DNA of 64,000 nucleotides from Gammaproteobacteria bacterium (GCA_029864095.1 JAOTUB010000001.1:19082-83081), one strand, 5' to 3'; counted from the stretch's first letter, positions 20,734-31,100 are shown. Numbers and translations are program-made. The notes: generated by a model not told the origin, from the letters alone.

Positions 20734-21724
20734 TTGCCGGTGGCGAAGCAGTTTGACAGGTCTCTGGCTTCTGCTGCTCCTCAATGCAGCCGCAGCGCAT
20801 GATCCGCGGCCCGTGGCAGTCACCGTTACAGAGCGTTTGCCGGATGTCTTTCATGCCAGGTTACTGGTCCCGCCAGCGGTCGACCCGACCAACCAGCCAC
20901 AGCTCGCCTGGCCCGGTAAGTGCCATCCCCTGCAGGAGCAAGCCGACGCCAATGCTTCGTCCATGCGATGTCCGGGCGGCCTGCAGGGCGAAACACTGGC
21001 TCTGGCATATCCCGACTTCAAGCCGTCGCTAGCCACGTTTTTCCAGCTGATTGACCGGGCTGGATCAACTTCATACGCGATGCTGCCGCCGACCGAGGAG
21101 TCCTGGACCGTGCCTCGACGGCGCGGGAGTAACGGTGTTGCTGCGCAATACGTCGTTCTGGGTGCCGAACACATCATCGGTGGAGTCGACCATTTGTTAT
21201 TTGTGCTCGGCTTGTTGGTGATTGCAGGCACTATCCGGCGCATATTGTGGACCATCACCGGTTTTACGCTGGCGCACTCGATCACACTGTCATTGTCATC
21301 GCTGGGCCTGATAACCGCTCCCATTGTCCCGGTCGAAGCGGGCATAGCGCTGTCGATTTTGTACCTCGCCACCGAAATTGGCCGCGGCCGACATGACACC
21401 CTGACGTATCGGTATCCGATTATCGTGTCGTTTGTATTCGGGCTGCTCCATGGCCTCGGGTTTGCGAGCGCACTTGGTGAGGTCGGCCTGGCGCCAGGTA
21501 ACGTTGTGCTATCGCTCCTCTTTTTCAACATAGGCGTGGAACTGGGACAGATCGCTTTCATCGCAGCAGTCATTGCGAGCATGCGACTGTTTCGACGTCT
21601 CGCGGCGGCCGATCGGGTGGCCACTGGTGAACTACTGACAGTTCGTCCAGACTGGATTGCGATGTACGTCGTCGGAATACCCGCCGCGTATTGGTTAATC
21701 GATCATCTGTCGTTCTTGTATTGA
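20711..21724 (+). CDS. HupE/UreJ family membrane protein
   Basis: Signal LWLLLLLNAAAAHDPRP, then GAEHIIGGVDHLLFVLGLLVIAG and several further TM helices with HG motifs (FGLLHGLGFA). Start overlaps the parvulin gene by 23 nt. Confidence 0.75.
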   Translation: MMSSSNSSCRWRSSLTGLWLLLLLNAAAAHDPRPVAVTVTERLPDVFHARLLVPPAVDPTNQPQLAWPGKCHPLQEQADANASSMRCPGGLQGETLALAYPDFKPSLATFFQLIDRAGSTSYAMLPPTEESWTVPRRRGSNGVAAQYVVLGAEHIIGGVDHLLFVLGLLVIAGTIRRILWTITGFTLAHSITLSLSSLGLITAPIVPVEAGIALSILYLATEIGRGRHDTLTYRYPIIVSFVFGLLHGLGFASALGEVGLAPGNVVLSLLFFNIGVELGQIAFIAAVIASMRLFRRLAAADRVATGELLTVRPDWIAMYVVGIPAAYWLIDHLSFLY

Positions 21725-21764
21725 TCGAGTTTGCGATCCGTACTTAAAAAGGAGCCGATTCACA

Positions 21765-22784
21765 ATGAGACCTTTGAAATCGATTTTTCTTGGCGCGGTC
21801 ATGGCGTTTATGACAACAGCGTTGATTGGCGCGTCAGCCGCGGCGCAACAGGGACCGTCGCGCGAAATTATCCGCGTGTCAGGGGATCTGTACCGGGCTA
21901 CAAACAACAATCATCACACTGTCTTTCTGGTTACGGATGACGGTATTGTCTTGTCGGACCCCATCGATACAGATTTCTCGCGCTGGTTGCGCGGCGAGCT
22001 CGAAGAACGATTCGGTGTTCCTGTCAGGTACGTGATTTATAGCCATCACCATCGGGATCACGCGTCGGGCGGCGCGATCTTTGACGATACAGCCACTTTC
22101 GTTGGCCATGAGAATCTCTTGCGCCATCTTGCGATGCCACCGGCGAATACCCCGTTGCCAGCCGATGCCGAGAATCTCGACGCGAACCACAATGGCCGGC
22201 TCGAGCCATCTGAGGCAAGTGGCGATTATAAGCGCTTCCTGCCGTTATTCGATGCTGATGGCGATGGTGCGATCAGTGGCCCCGAGGCGACGCGTGGCCC
22301 GCTCGGTGACGTGCGCGCGCCGGACGTGACATACACCGATCGTATGGCGATCTCCCTGGGCGGCAAAAGTGTTGAACTAATATTTGCCGGTATCATGACG
22401 CACACCGACGACATGAGCCTTCTCCGATTTCCCGGCGAGCGGGCAATATTCGTTGTCGACTGGATCAGTTCACGTCGCCTGCCGTATCGCACGCTGGGCG
22501 CCGGCATGCTTGATGCGTGGCTGAATTCGATCCGCATGGCCGAAGCACTCGATTTCGACTTTGCCGTGGGCGGACACGGCGTCGTCGGTAACAAAGCAGA
22601 CGTCATTGAATTCCGCAATTACCTCGAAGAATTGCGAGACGAGGTTGCTACCGGCATCGCCGCGGGACAATCACTCGCCGAACTCCAGGAGACCATCCTG
22701 ATGGATCGCTACCGGAGCTGGCTCAATTACAACGAGTGGCGCATTTTGAATATCGAGGGCATGTACAGGATATTGACGCAATAG
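21765..22784 (+). CDS. Secreted MBL-fold metallo-hydrolase with inserted EF-hand pair
   Basis: Signal MRPLKSIFLGAVMAFMTTALIGASAAAQ. HxHxDH motif YSHHHRDHASGG. Two canonical 12-residue EF loops, DANHNGRLEPSE and DADGDGAISGPE (22179..22286). Confidence 0.85.
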   Translation: MRPLKSIFLGAVMAFMTTALIGASAAAQQGPSREIIRVSGDLYRATNNNHHTVFLVTDDGIVLSDPIDTDFSRWLRGELEERFGVPVRYVIYSHHHRDHASGGAIFDDTATFVGHENLLRHLAMPPANTPLPADAENLDANHNGRLEPSEASGDYKRFLPLFDADGDGAISGPEATRGPLGDVRAPDVTYTDRMAISLGGKSVELIFAGIMTHTDDMSLLRFPGERAIFVVDWISSRRLPYRTLGAGMLDAWLNSIRMAEALDFDFAVGGHGVVGNKADVIEFRNYLEELRDEVATGIAAGQSLAELQETILMDRYRSWLNYNEWRILNIEGMYRILTQ

Positions 22785-22796
22785 CCCCGCCCCGGT

Positions 22797-23416
22797 TCAT
22801 GCAGGGCCGCCAGTCCGGGGCCGACTGGAACAACCTCGGTACGAAATCCCGCAGCGCAACCCGCCAAAGGGGCACTCGTGGCCATAGCCGGCAACCTCCG
22901 CGTAATCAACTTGCATATCCAGCGATTGCAACATCCCGTTCACAGCACGATGCGATGTGACCAAACGCTCCCGATCGCCGATGCGCATATAGCACAGCTT
23001 TAACTTGTCCTTGGTGCTGGCGTTCAATCCGGCAGCAGCACCAGAAATTTGTCGCGGTCAATGCTGCGCGTGAAATTCGAGCCTCGAAACTGCTGAGCGT
23101 TCGGCAGTGGCGGAAATCTGACCGTCACGTCGGGAAACTCAGGCAGTCCGACGCTGAACGAACCAACCCAGGCGAACTGGTCGATGTCGTTAGATGCGAT
23201 GGCCAACGTGTACATCCCGCCTCTCGACAAGCCTGCTATGGCACGGTGCCCGGCATCGGCTTTGGTACGGTAGTTCCGGTCGACACAAGTAATCAAATCG
23301 GTGACTACCGCCGGCGGACCAATCAGCGGGTCCTCCGTACAACCTCGCGGAGTTCTGACCGGGATGCAGTTTTGCGCGGAATACGGAATTTCGCGCAGGG
23401 GCCGTGCATGCCGCAC
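22797..23416 (-). pseudogene. 5'-truncated, frameshifted remnant of an esterase gene (same family as 14517..15737 and 49663..50844)
   Basis: ORF 23024..23416 carries the nucleophile region HRAIAGLSRGGMYTLAIA. The C-terminal part (KLKLCYMRIGDRE...VDYAEVAGYGHE, compare [13 protein letters not shown]...[13 protein letters not shown]) continues in a different frame (ORF 22797..23027). The N-terminal Ig-like domain and the HGSGG region are missing. Confidence 0.7.
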
Positions 23417-23430
23417 GTCGCGAGCGTTAC

Positions 23431-24831
23431 CTAATGAGCAATATACTCACCCGCCAGCTCCGCAACGCCGGCAGCGATGCCGGCCTCGGCGCAGCCGGGC
23501 TTCAGTCGCGTGCCTAATACCTGAAACGTCTGGTGGCCATATGACTCGTCATCGGGAATGTACCCGGAGTTGGAGCGACCATTCGCGAGGGTTACGAACA
23601 GCGTCTTGGCCAACGGTGATTCCTTTTTCACGCGCTGTCCAATGGTGCTGTAGATCTCGGCGTTCCCGGAAGCAATGGCGATATCTCCAACAGCAAGCAC
23701 TCCCAGCCGAATATTGACGTCGTCACCATCCTCGTACTCGCCGGGCATACCTTCACGGCCACTGTTCAAACGCCGTCGACCTGGACAAGTCAGGGTCATC
23801 TGCTTGCCCCAGATAGGCGTGGCGGCGCCGCTGAAGTCCGTGTGCGACATTATGCGGATGACTTCTTCACCAAGAATGGCCCCAAGTGCCTGCATATAAT
23901 CCGCAAGTTGGCGCGCGACCTCGGGATGCGCATTGCGGGCTGCAACTTCCCGATTCCTCAGGGGCCCTTCGATATCTTCGCGTACCATTTCGTAGCCCGA
24001 AATGTCCGCGCCGCTTCTTGACGCCATGGCGTTGGTACCGGTCCTGATCCAGCGAGGGTTCTGGTCGCCAGAGGCGCCCTGGCTGAATATGGTAACCATC
24101 GTGTCCCCAAAGGCCTGTTCAACATAGCGGCTCATCGCCCCCGCAAAATCCCCGCTGCGAAAGCCGGCCAGGTAACCATTAACAGGGTGCATCGCGTAAT
24201 TGACATAGGCTGCAATCGGTTCACCGTCGGGATTCACAAACGATACGACAGCCACTGTTTTGTCCGAGGGCGCGTCGAGATTCGACGCCTGCGTCCACAG
24301 GTGCGTCACGGGATTGACAGCGTCGCGGTTGACGTTCAGGTGGGCCTCTCCGGAGGAATAGCCAACCAGCGCCGGTTCGAGTTTCGACAACGCCTCGGTG
24401 ACTGCCTGCAGCGCAACGTCAGCTACGAAGGCAGATCCATAGCGCGGCGTACCTCGCTGGGGTGTTTCGCTGCCCGGCGTGTCGCTATGCGTGTGCGTGG
24501 GGGAAATGATGATGTTTGCAATCGGCGCATCCAGTTTCGCGGCGATCCGATTGCTGGCGTCCGCCCACACATCCTCATTGATGCCACCCAGGTCAGCCCC
24601 GAGTAGTGCCGCTTGAGTGACACCGTTGTCGATCACGATCGCACGCAAAAAGAGTTGTTCATGTGCGTACTCGCGCATCGTGGGACGTTGTCGATACGCC
24701 GGTCCGGTAATGTCGATTCGTGCCGCTCCAACCCGCAGACCAGCTTGTTCAGATTGGGCGATAGCTGCTGAGCCAAAGACCACTGCTGTCAGCACTGCGG
24801 CCAGCGGCAGTCGGGGGGTCCGATTAGTCAT
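23431..24831 (-). CDS. Secreted neutral/alkaline-ceramidase N-terminal-domain family hydrolase (paralog 1)
   Basis: Signal MTNRTPRLPLAAVLTAVVFGSAAIAQ. GAARIDITGP...LFLRAIVIDNG...LLGADLGG. Zinc motif SPTHTHSD. YAMHPVNG. GASGDQNP. No ceramidase C-terminal domain (466 aa). Confidence 0.8.
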   Translation of the reverse strand: MTNRTPRLPLAAVLTAVVFGSAAIAQSEQAGLRVGAARIDITGPAYRQRPTMREYAHEQLFLRAIVIDNGVTQAALLGADLGGINEDVWADASNRIAAKLDAPIANIIISPTHTHSDTPGSETPQRGTPRYGSAFVADVALQAVTEALSKLEPALVGYSSGEAHLNVNRDAVNPVTHLWTQASNLDAPSDKTVAVVSFVNPDGEPIAAYVNYAMHPVNGYLAGFRSGDFAGAMSRYVEQAFGDTMVTIFSQGASGDQNPRWIRTGTNAMASRSGADISGYEMVREDIEGPLRNREVAARNAHPEVARQLADYMQALGAILGEEVIRIMSHTDFSGAATPIWGKQMTLTCPGRRRLNSGREGMPGEYEDGDDVNIRLGVLAVGDIAIASGNAEIYSTIGQRVKKESPLAKTLFVTLANGRSNSGYIPDDESYGHQTFQVLGTRLKPGCAEAGIAAGVAELAGEYIAH

Positions 24832-24853
24832 GTGATTTCCTCAATAGAAGTAC

Positions 24854-26239
24854 TCAATTGATGTAGTCGTAGGCCATATCGGTGACCGACTTTACAATGC
24901 CGGCATGGGCGCAACCTGGTTTGAGGCGGCTTCGCACAACCTGAAACGTATTGCGACCATATGCATCGTCGGTCGGCACGTAGCCGGAGTTGGGCCGACC
25001 GTTCGATTTCGTCACCACCATGGTCTTGGCCAGCGGTATTTCGGCCATCGCCTGCTGGCCGATCAGGCTGTAATTCTCGGCATTAGTCCAGGCCAGTCCA
25101 ATCTCATTGATTCCCAAAAAGCCCACGCGAATGTTCACGTCGTCGCCGTCGACGTAAGTGCCGGGATACCCTCTGTCGACTCTTTCGACAAGGTCACGGC
25201 CCGGGCAGGTCAGTATCATCTGGTTAGCGCCGATTCGGACATTGTCGGACAGTCGGCCCATGTTGGTCATAACACGAATCGCTTCCTCGCCGACCACCTG
25301 GCCCTGCGCATCCATCCAGCGTTTCAGCGCCTCATCCGCGGCTGGGTCATTAGGGCGACGTTCCACGTCGCCGCGTAGCCGCCCCTCAACCGTTTCGCGA
25401 GTCAGCTCGAATCCTGTGACCTCGGTACCGCTCGCAACTGCCATCACGTTACTGCCAGTACGCAGATGCAGCGGGTTTTGATCCCCCGAGGCGCCCTGCG
25501 TAAATATCGTGATCATGCTGTCGCCGAATGCCTGTTCGACATGGCGACTGGCGGCTCCGGCAAAGTCACTGCTGATAAAACCGGACAGGAAACCATTGAC
25601 CGGGTGCATCGCATAATTCAGATAGCCGGCTATGGGTGCGCCGCGTTTGTCATAGAACGCCATGACAGCAAGCGTCTTGTCCGACGGATAGTCCAGGTTG
25701 GTATCCTGGGTCCAACGGCCGGTCTCGTAGTCAATCACGTCGCGATTGGCGTTCAGGAACACCTCACCTTCACCGAAGCCCACTGAAGCCGGTTGCATAT
25801 CGGCCGCTGCAAGACGTACGGCCCGCACGATAGCCGCCAAAACCTGTTCCGAATTCTCGAGAACCGGGTAGGTACTGTGCGTGTGCGAGGGCGACATGAT
25901 GATGTTTGCGACCGGCATACCCAGTTCGCGAGCGACGGTTGCTGCCGCCTCCTGGTACATGTCTTCCGGACGAACGCCCGCCAGGTCCGCGCCCACGAGC
26001 ACCGCTTTGGTTTCGCCGTTATCCAATACGATCGCTCTGATGTATACGTACTCGTGTGCATAGTTACGGGCCGGCGGTTTACCATCGGCATAGCCTGTCG
26101 AACTGATATCCACCTTGGCCGCACCAACTGTCAGGCTGCCGGCCTGTGCCGCATCGATAATAGTCAGGCCCAATAGCGTAAGCATCAACAATGAGAGAGC
26201 GTTCAAGCTGATCTTCCTTTTTGCATGCCCCCGGCGCAT
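24854..26239 (-). CDS. Secreted ceramidase-N-domain family hydrolase (paralog 2)
   Basis: ATG 26239 overlaps the stop of paralog 3 as TAATG. Signal MRRGHAKRKISLNALSLLMLTLLGLTIIDAAQA. Motifs GAAKVDISS, SPSHTHST, YAMHPVNG, GASGDQNP. By eye about two thirds identical to paralog 3. Confidence 0.85.
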   Translation of the reverse strand: MRRGHAKRKISLNALSLLMLTLLGLTIIDAAQAGSLTVGAAKVDISSTGYADGKPPARNYAHEYVYIRAIVLDNGETKAVLVGADLAGVRPEDMYQEAAATVARELGMPVANIIMSPSHTHSTYPVLENSEQVLAAIVRAVRLAAADMQPASVGFGEGEVFLNANRDVIDYETGRWTQDTNLDYPSDKTLAVMAFYDKRGAPIAGYLNYAMHPVNGFLSGFISSDFAGAASRHVEQAFGDSMITIFTQGASGDQNPLHLRTGSNVMAVASGTEVTGFELTRETVEGRLRGDVERRPNDPAADEALKRWMDAQGQVVGEEAIRVMTNMGRLSDNVRIGANQMILTCPGRDLVERVDRGYPGTYVDGDDVNIRVGFLGINEIGLAWTNAENYSLIGQQAMAEIPLAKTMVVTKSNGRPNSGYVPTDDAYGRNTFQVVRSRLKPGCAHAGIVKSVTDMAYDYIN

Positions 26240-27612
26240 TACAGGATTTGCTCGTAAATCATATCGGTGAAATTCCGGACGATGCCGGTCTGCGCACAAC
26301 CGGGCTTCAGACGGGACCCAACCACCTGAAAGGTCTGTCGGCCATAGGCATCGTCAGACGGAATATAGCCGGAGGTAGCGCGACCGTTGGCCACCGTAAC
26401 CAGCATGGTCTTCCTCAGCGGCGACGCTGCTTTCACCTGCTGGCCGATAATGTTGTAGACCTCGGCATTGATGGAGGCCAGGGCAATTTCATTAATGCCC
26501 AGCACCCCGAGTCGCATTTTGGCGTCTTCGCCGTCTGCATAAGATCCGGCTACGCCGGCTCTGGCCGTATCGGCATTAGTCCGATCGCGCCCCGGGCACG
26601 TCAGCGTCGTTTGACGGCCAGCGATTCTGACGTCGCTGCGCAGCCGATCCATATGGCTCATCACCCGAATGGCTTCCTCGCCGATGACCTGGCCCTGGGC
26701 ATCCATCCATCGCTTGAGCGCCTCGTCCGCAACCGGATCATTCTGCCGTCGCTCCACCTGCCCTTCTCGCAGTGGCGTTTCGACGACCTCACGCGTCATC
26801 TCGAACCCGGTCCGCGGCACACCTGAATTGGCAGCCATCACATTCGTACTGTTGCGCAAGTGCAGCGGGTTCTGGTCGCCGGATGCGCCCTGCACAAACA
26901 CCATTACCATCGTGTCGCCAAATGCCTGTTCCACATGCCGACTTGCGGCGCCTGGAGCATCGCCACTTCTGAATCCGGACAGGTAACCGTTGACGGGGTG
27001 CATGGCGTAATTCATGTAACCCGCAATCGGTGCACCTTGCTCGTCATAGAAAGCCAGTACAGCAAGTGTCTTGTCGGACGGAAAGTCGAGGTTGGTGTCC
27101 TGCGTCCAGCGCCGGGTCTTGGCATCGATCACGTCCCGATTCACGTTCAGGTAAACCATGCCTTCTGCAAAACCGACGGAGCCGGGCTGCAGGTTTGCGT
27201 TGGCCGCACGCGCCGCCTGCACGATGGCCGCCTGCATTTTCTGCGGGTCCCTGCGCTCGCGCAGGCCACTGTGGGTGTGTGTGCCGGACATGATCATGTT
27301 CTCGACAGGGATGCCAAGCTCTCTCGAAATCTGGGCAGACGCGTCCTGATACACCTCGTCGGGACGTATGCCGCTCAGATCGGCACCCAATAGCAGCGCC
27401 TTGGTTTCGCCGTTGTCCAGCACTATGGCGCGGATGTACAGCCACTCATGCGCATAGGTGCGCGGCGGCGGATTGCCATCCTCGTAGGCGTCGGCGCTGA
27501 TATCGACCCGCGCCGCGCCGACCTTCAGGGGACCGGCTTGCGCAACGCCGAGAATTGTAAGGCAGAGAACCGGAATCATTACCGGCAAGAGACGGTTCAG
27601 TTTGCATTTCAT
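26239..27612 (-). CDS. Secreted ceramidase-N-domain family hydrolase (paralog 3)
   Basis: Signal MKCKLNRLLPVMIPVLCLTILGVAQA. Motifs GAARVDISA, SGTHTHSG, YAMHPVNG, GASGDQNP. Confidence 0.85.
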   Translation of the reverse strand: MKCKLNRLLPVMIPVLCLTILGVAQAGPLKVGAARVDISADAYEDGNPPPRTYAHEWLYIRAIVLDNGETKALLLGADLSGIRPDEVYQDASAQISRELGIPVENMIMSGTHTHSGLRERRDPQKMQAAIVQAARAANANLQPGSVGFAEGMVYLNVNRDVIDAKTRRWTQDTNLDFPSDKTLAVLAFYDEQGAPIAGYMNYAMHPVNGYLSGFRSGDAPGAASRHVEQAFGDTMVMVFVQGASGDQNPLHLRNSTNVMAANSGVPRTGFEMTREVVETPLREGQVERRQNDPVADEALKRWMDAQGQVIGEEAIRVMSHMDRLRSDVRIAGRQTTLTCPGRDRTNADTARAGVAGSYADGEDAKMRLGVLGINEIALASINAEVYNIIGQQVKAASPLRKTMLVTVANGRATSGYIPSDDAYGRQTFQVVGSRLKPGCAQTGIVRNFTDMIYEQIL

Positions 27613-27935
27613 GGTGGTACCCCGCGGGCAGTCAGATTTTTAATCGCTTATCGGCTTTTCGACAGTTTGACGTCGGCAAGTCATAGCTCATAACTTGATT
27701 TCGCTATTCTTAGCGTGGGGTTCGAAGCAATGCCTTTGTCGACCTTCGGTACGGCTCTGCAACTCCCGGATGCGTCGAACGTGCTAGCTAATCAATTGTA
27801 TACTATCTACAGCGAGGGCCGTCTGTCTACCGTGCGTGTGCCATCCAATACCAAAATCGATCCTGCTACGTCGGCGCCCGATATATCGAACTGATGCGGC
27901 AGAAGGCTCAGCGCCGAGGCTGGCCGGATGGTGCC

Positions 27936-28150
27936 TCAAGCGCTTTGCGGTACGGGTTGATTGGTTAGCGGCAGGGTCTCGCCTTTGGGCCCGAGCGGAT
28001 CGGGGCCGGCACAGTGACATGTCGTGGGCGGCCGGTCCCACAGCTTCAGGTGCCTGCGGATCCGTTCGACGGCGTCGGCGTTGTCGATGAGCACGATGAT
28101 GCGCAGCGTGGCACCGCAGTGGGCACACGATTTCCGCCTGTTGATCCAAG
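27936..28150 (-). mobile_element. C-terminal scar of an IS91-family (rolling-circle, Y2) transposase gene
   Basis: My minus-strand translation reads WINRRKSCAHCGATLRIIVLIDNADAVERIRRHLKLWDRPPTT...PQSA-stop (stop at 27936..27938). The C-x2-C-G-x3-R-I-I-x3-D...I-x2-HL-x-L-W pattern matches my memory of IS91-type transposase C-termini. This frame differs from the listed Arg-rich ORF 27784..28149. Nothing upstream of the scar survives. Confidence 0.4.
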
Positions 28151-28153
28151 CCG

Positions 28154-31100
28154 CTAGGGCGTCACGGCATTGTCGGTCGCGGAGTTTACCCGGCCGAGCT
28201 TGCGATAGTAATCCGCGACCACCTCTTTGTATGCCTCGGGGACTTCGTCCTCGAGGTGCGTCCGGACGCCGGCCTCGCGATCGTTAAGGGCACGATCAAG
28301 TTCGAGTTCAAGCTGCTCCACGACGGCCAGCGTCCTTGCCATGTTCTGTGCAACAGCCGCCGGATCACGACCGCCTCCTGCTATGCGCAGCTCATCCGCC
28401 AGACGCCTGAGATTAGTAGAGTAGTTGCCTCCAAGGCGCGCACCCTGTTGCGTACGCAGTGCAGCGCCAACATCTCTCGCAAGCCCTTGCGCCTCTTCTT
28501 GCAGCGAGCCGGGCGTGCCGCCCGGATTCTCCTGCAACTCGCGACGCAGCGCCCGCGCATTCCCGAGCGCCCGCGCTAGGTCGGAGGGTTCGTCTATACC
28601 GCGCATGTCGCCCACCTCTCGGGCCACCTGTTGCAGTGCTCGGCTCAGGTTTCTCAGGTTCTCGGTCACGGCGCTTTCGCTCGACACAACGTACACGGCT
28701 CCGCCCTGCTCGATGTATGCCGCCGCGACCGCGATCCGCGTTTCAATGTCCTGCTCCTGAACGGCGCCAATTGCCTCCTGAATGTCTGCCGCGATTTCCG
28801 GTTGCGCCTCATCAATCGCGTGAGCGGCACCGCGCGCAGACTGTTGCAGTGCCTGCAGGTCTGTGAGCATCTGCCGTTTTTGCTCGGCAATCTCGTATTC
28901 TTCGTCGCGGTCGAGACCACTGTAGAGCGGCTCCAATCGCCGCTGGCCACTTTGCTCGGCGTCCAGTACGCGGCGCATAGCTTCCTGCAGCCGCTCCTCG
29001 ACACCGGCCTGCGTCTCGTGCAACTCGCCCGCGCGTTCCGCAAGATCATTAAAGCGAGCTTGTACAGCTTCAAGCCGTGCCGCAGCGGCACTGTCGCGCG
29101 CACCCTGCAGCTGGTTGCCGGCTTCCTCGGCATTTTCTTCGCCCATTGCGCGCAGAGCGGATTGCAGTCGTCGTTGCAGGTCCGCGACCTGCTGTGAACG
29201 CCTGCCCTCCGCGTCCTGCCGCTCGCCAGCCTGATCACCGGCCTGACGGCTGCTCGACTGACCCGACTGCTGGGCCGATTGCCGGTTACTCGCCTGCGCA
29301 CTCTGGCTTTGCGACCCATGGCTCAACTCCTCCAGCCGCCTTCGCAGCGCCTCGGCTTCGCGCCGCAGTTGTTCCTGCTGCCAGCGCTGCTCGGGCAGTG
29401 GCGTACGCGTTTGCTGCTGGTTGCGCGCAAGCTGCTGCTGCCGGCGCGCGAGCTCTTCGAGTTCGTTGGCAACCTGCTCCATCTGCTCATCGGGCGCTTC
29501 CGGAGTTGCGCGACTGCCGGTTTCGTACTGGTTCTTCTCGAGGTCCATCTCGAGATCGAACATCTCGGCCAGATCGCGACCCGCCTGCCCGCCGCCCGCG
29601 GCACGATTGTTCGCCTGCAACGTGACGTCGATGTCCGTGAACACGGCCTCGGCAGCGAGCAAATGCTGCAGGGCCTCCTGTTCTTTCAACAGCGCGGCTT
29701 CAAATTCGATCGCTGCAAGCTGCTCCGCAGCCGGGCTCATTGCCTCGCCGGCCGCTTGCAGGTGCCGAACGAATCGCTCGATCTCTTCGCTCTGGACTGT
29801 CAATTGACGGGCCTCGGCACGTTGTGCCAGTGTTTCGACCTGCATGCGAAGTGTGCCCTGCAGGCGCGCGAGCAGTGCCGCATTGTCGCGTATGTACGCA
29901 TCTTCACCGCGCTGCCCTGCACCACGCTCGCGAATCAAATTCCAGGTCGAGATAATGATCTCGCGCTGCCGCTGCGAGACCTCGTTCTGCTGGCCTTGTT
30001 GTCCGGGTGCGCCGCTCGCCGCCGACTGCGATTGGGAAAAACGTCGGTCAAACGGTTGCACGTCGATAAAGAAAATGTCGGTGCGTGCCTCCTTGTCACG
30101 ATCGCTTGCGACCGCGTAATAGGAAACAAGATCGCCGGGTGCTAGCGGCATTGCTTCTGTAGACAGCGATTCGAGGTAAAAAATGTGCTCGAGCGGCACG
30201 TCGGTATTCGACGCATCAAGTTCGACCTCCTTCCAGCCAGCACCGTTTACCGAGTAGTGCAGCGACAGTGACTCCAGCCTGAGGTCATCCTGCGCTTTGA
30301 TGCGCGCGGTCACCTCCTCAATGCGGCTCGCGCTCCAGTCGCGACCCGGTCGCTCAAACTCGATCTCGGGCGGATGATCCTCCTCCACTCTTATAAAGTA
30401 GTCGTCGGTCAAGCGTATGTGCCCACCGCCAACCCTGGCCGCAATGAAGTACTGTCCATCGGTTTCAATTTCGAATTCGGCGCGGGCATACATGCCGTCG
30501 GTATTGAGCGGTATGGCCTCGTCATTCACGATCAGGTCGCCGGCGGGCAGCGCACGGTCGGTCTCGATGCGCACCTCAACGCGCGTCTCGGCAATCTTGC
30601 GAATATCGCCACCCGGGTCCGCCTCGTCCGGCGCACGGCCGGCCCATTCGGGGTACTCGTAACGATGCGTAAGTTTCTCGACGACCGGCACGTCCACGAC
30701 CTGCACGGAGTAGGACGGGCTGCGCACGGAACCGGCCGACACAAAGTACTCGAGGTTTTGCCGCACCGAGTAGAACGTGAACTCGAATACTTCGCCTGCA
30801 CCCGTCATGTCCACCGGCTGCCACTCACCGCCAGCGAAGCGCACACTGATTTCGGCATCGTCGGATGCGAATCCCTGCGGCGCAGCTTCAATACGCAGAT
30901 TGCCCCCAAGCCGTATGCCCGAATCACCCGGCGTCACAACAATACTTTGTGGCGGCAACAGGCCCGGGAAAGCCCAGCCCAGCCAAAGGTCGCGCACGCC
31001 GTAAGCGAAATTGCCGGGACTCGCAATAGCCAGCAATAGCAGTACCGATGCACAGGCCCCTGCGACCGTCCATGTCCAGGCCAGCTCCTTCTGCGGCACT

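Noticed and set aside
24905-27393. Long plus-strand ORFs (24905..25378, 26221..26826, 26860..27393) that resemble each other.
   Set aside because: They lie antisense to the paralogous ceramidase-like genes. Their mutual similarity simply mirrors the paralogy of the real minus-strand genes, and they have no signal, RBS or recognisable motifs.
27784-28149. Listed 121-aa minus-strand ORF (and 27836..28090 plus) in the gap between the ceramidase array and the MoxR operon.
   Set aside because: The composition is extremely Arg/Ala-rich with no motifs. The only recognisable signal in this interval is in a different frame (the transposase scar).
29150-29330. Possible DNA tandem repeat or array in the Gln/Ser-rich segment of the 1114-aa protein.
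   Set aside because: I could discern no regular period or repeat-spacer structure. It looks like coding low-complexity sequence rather than a CRISPR or minisatellite.
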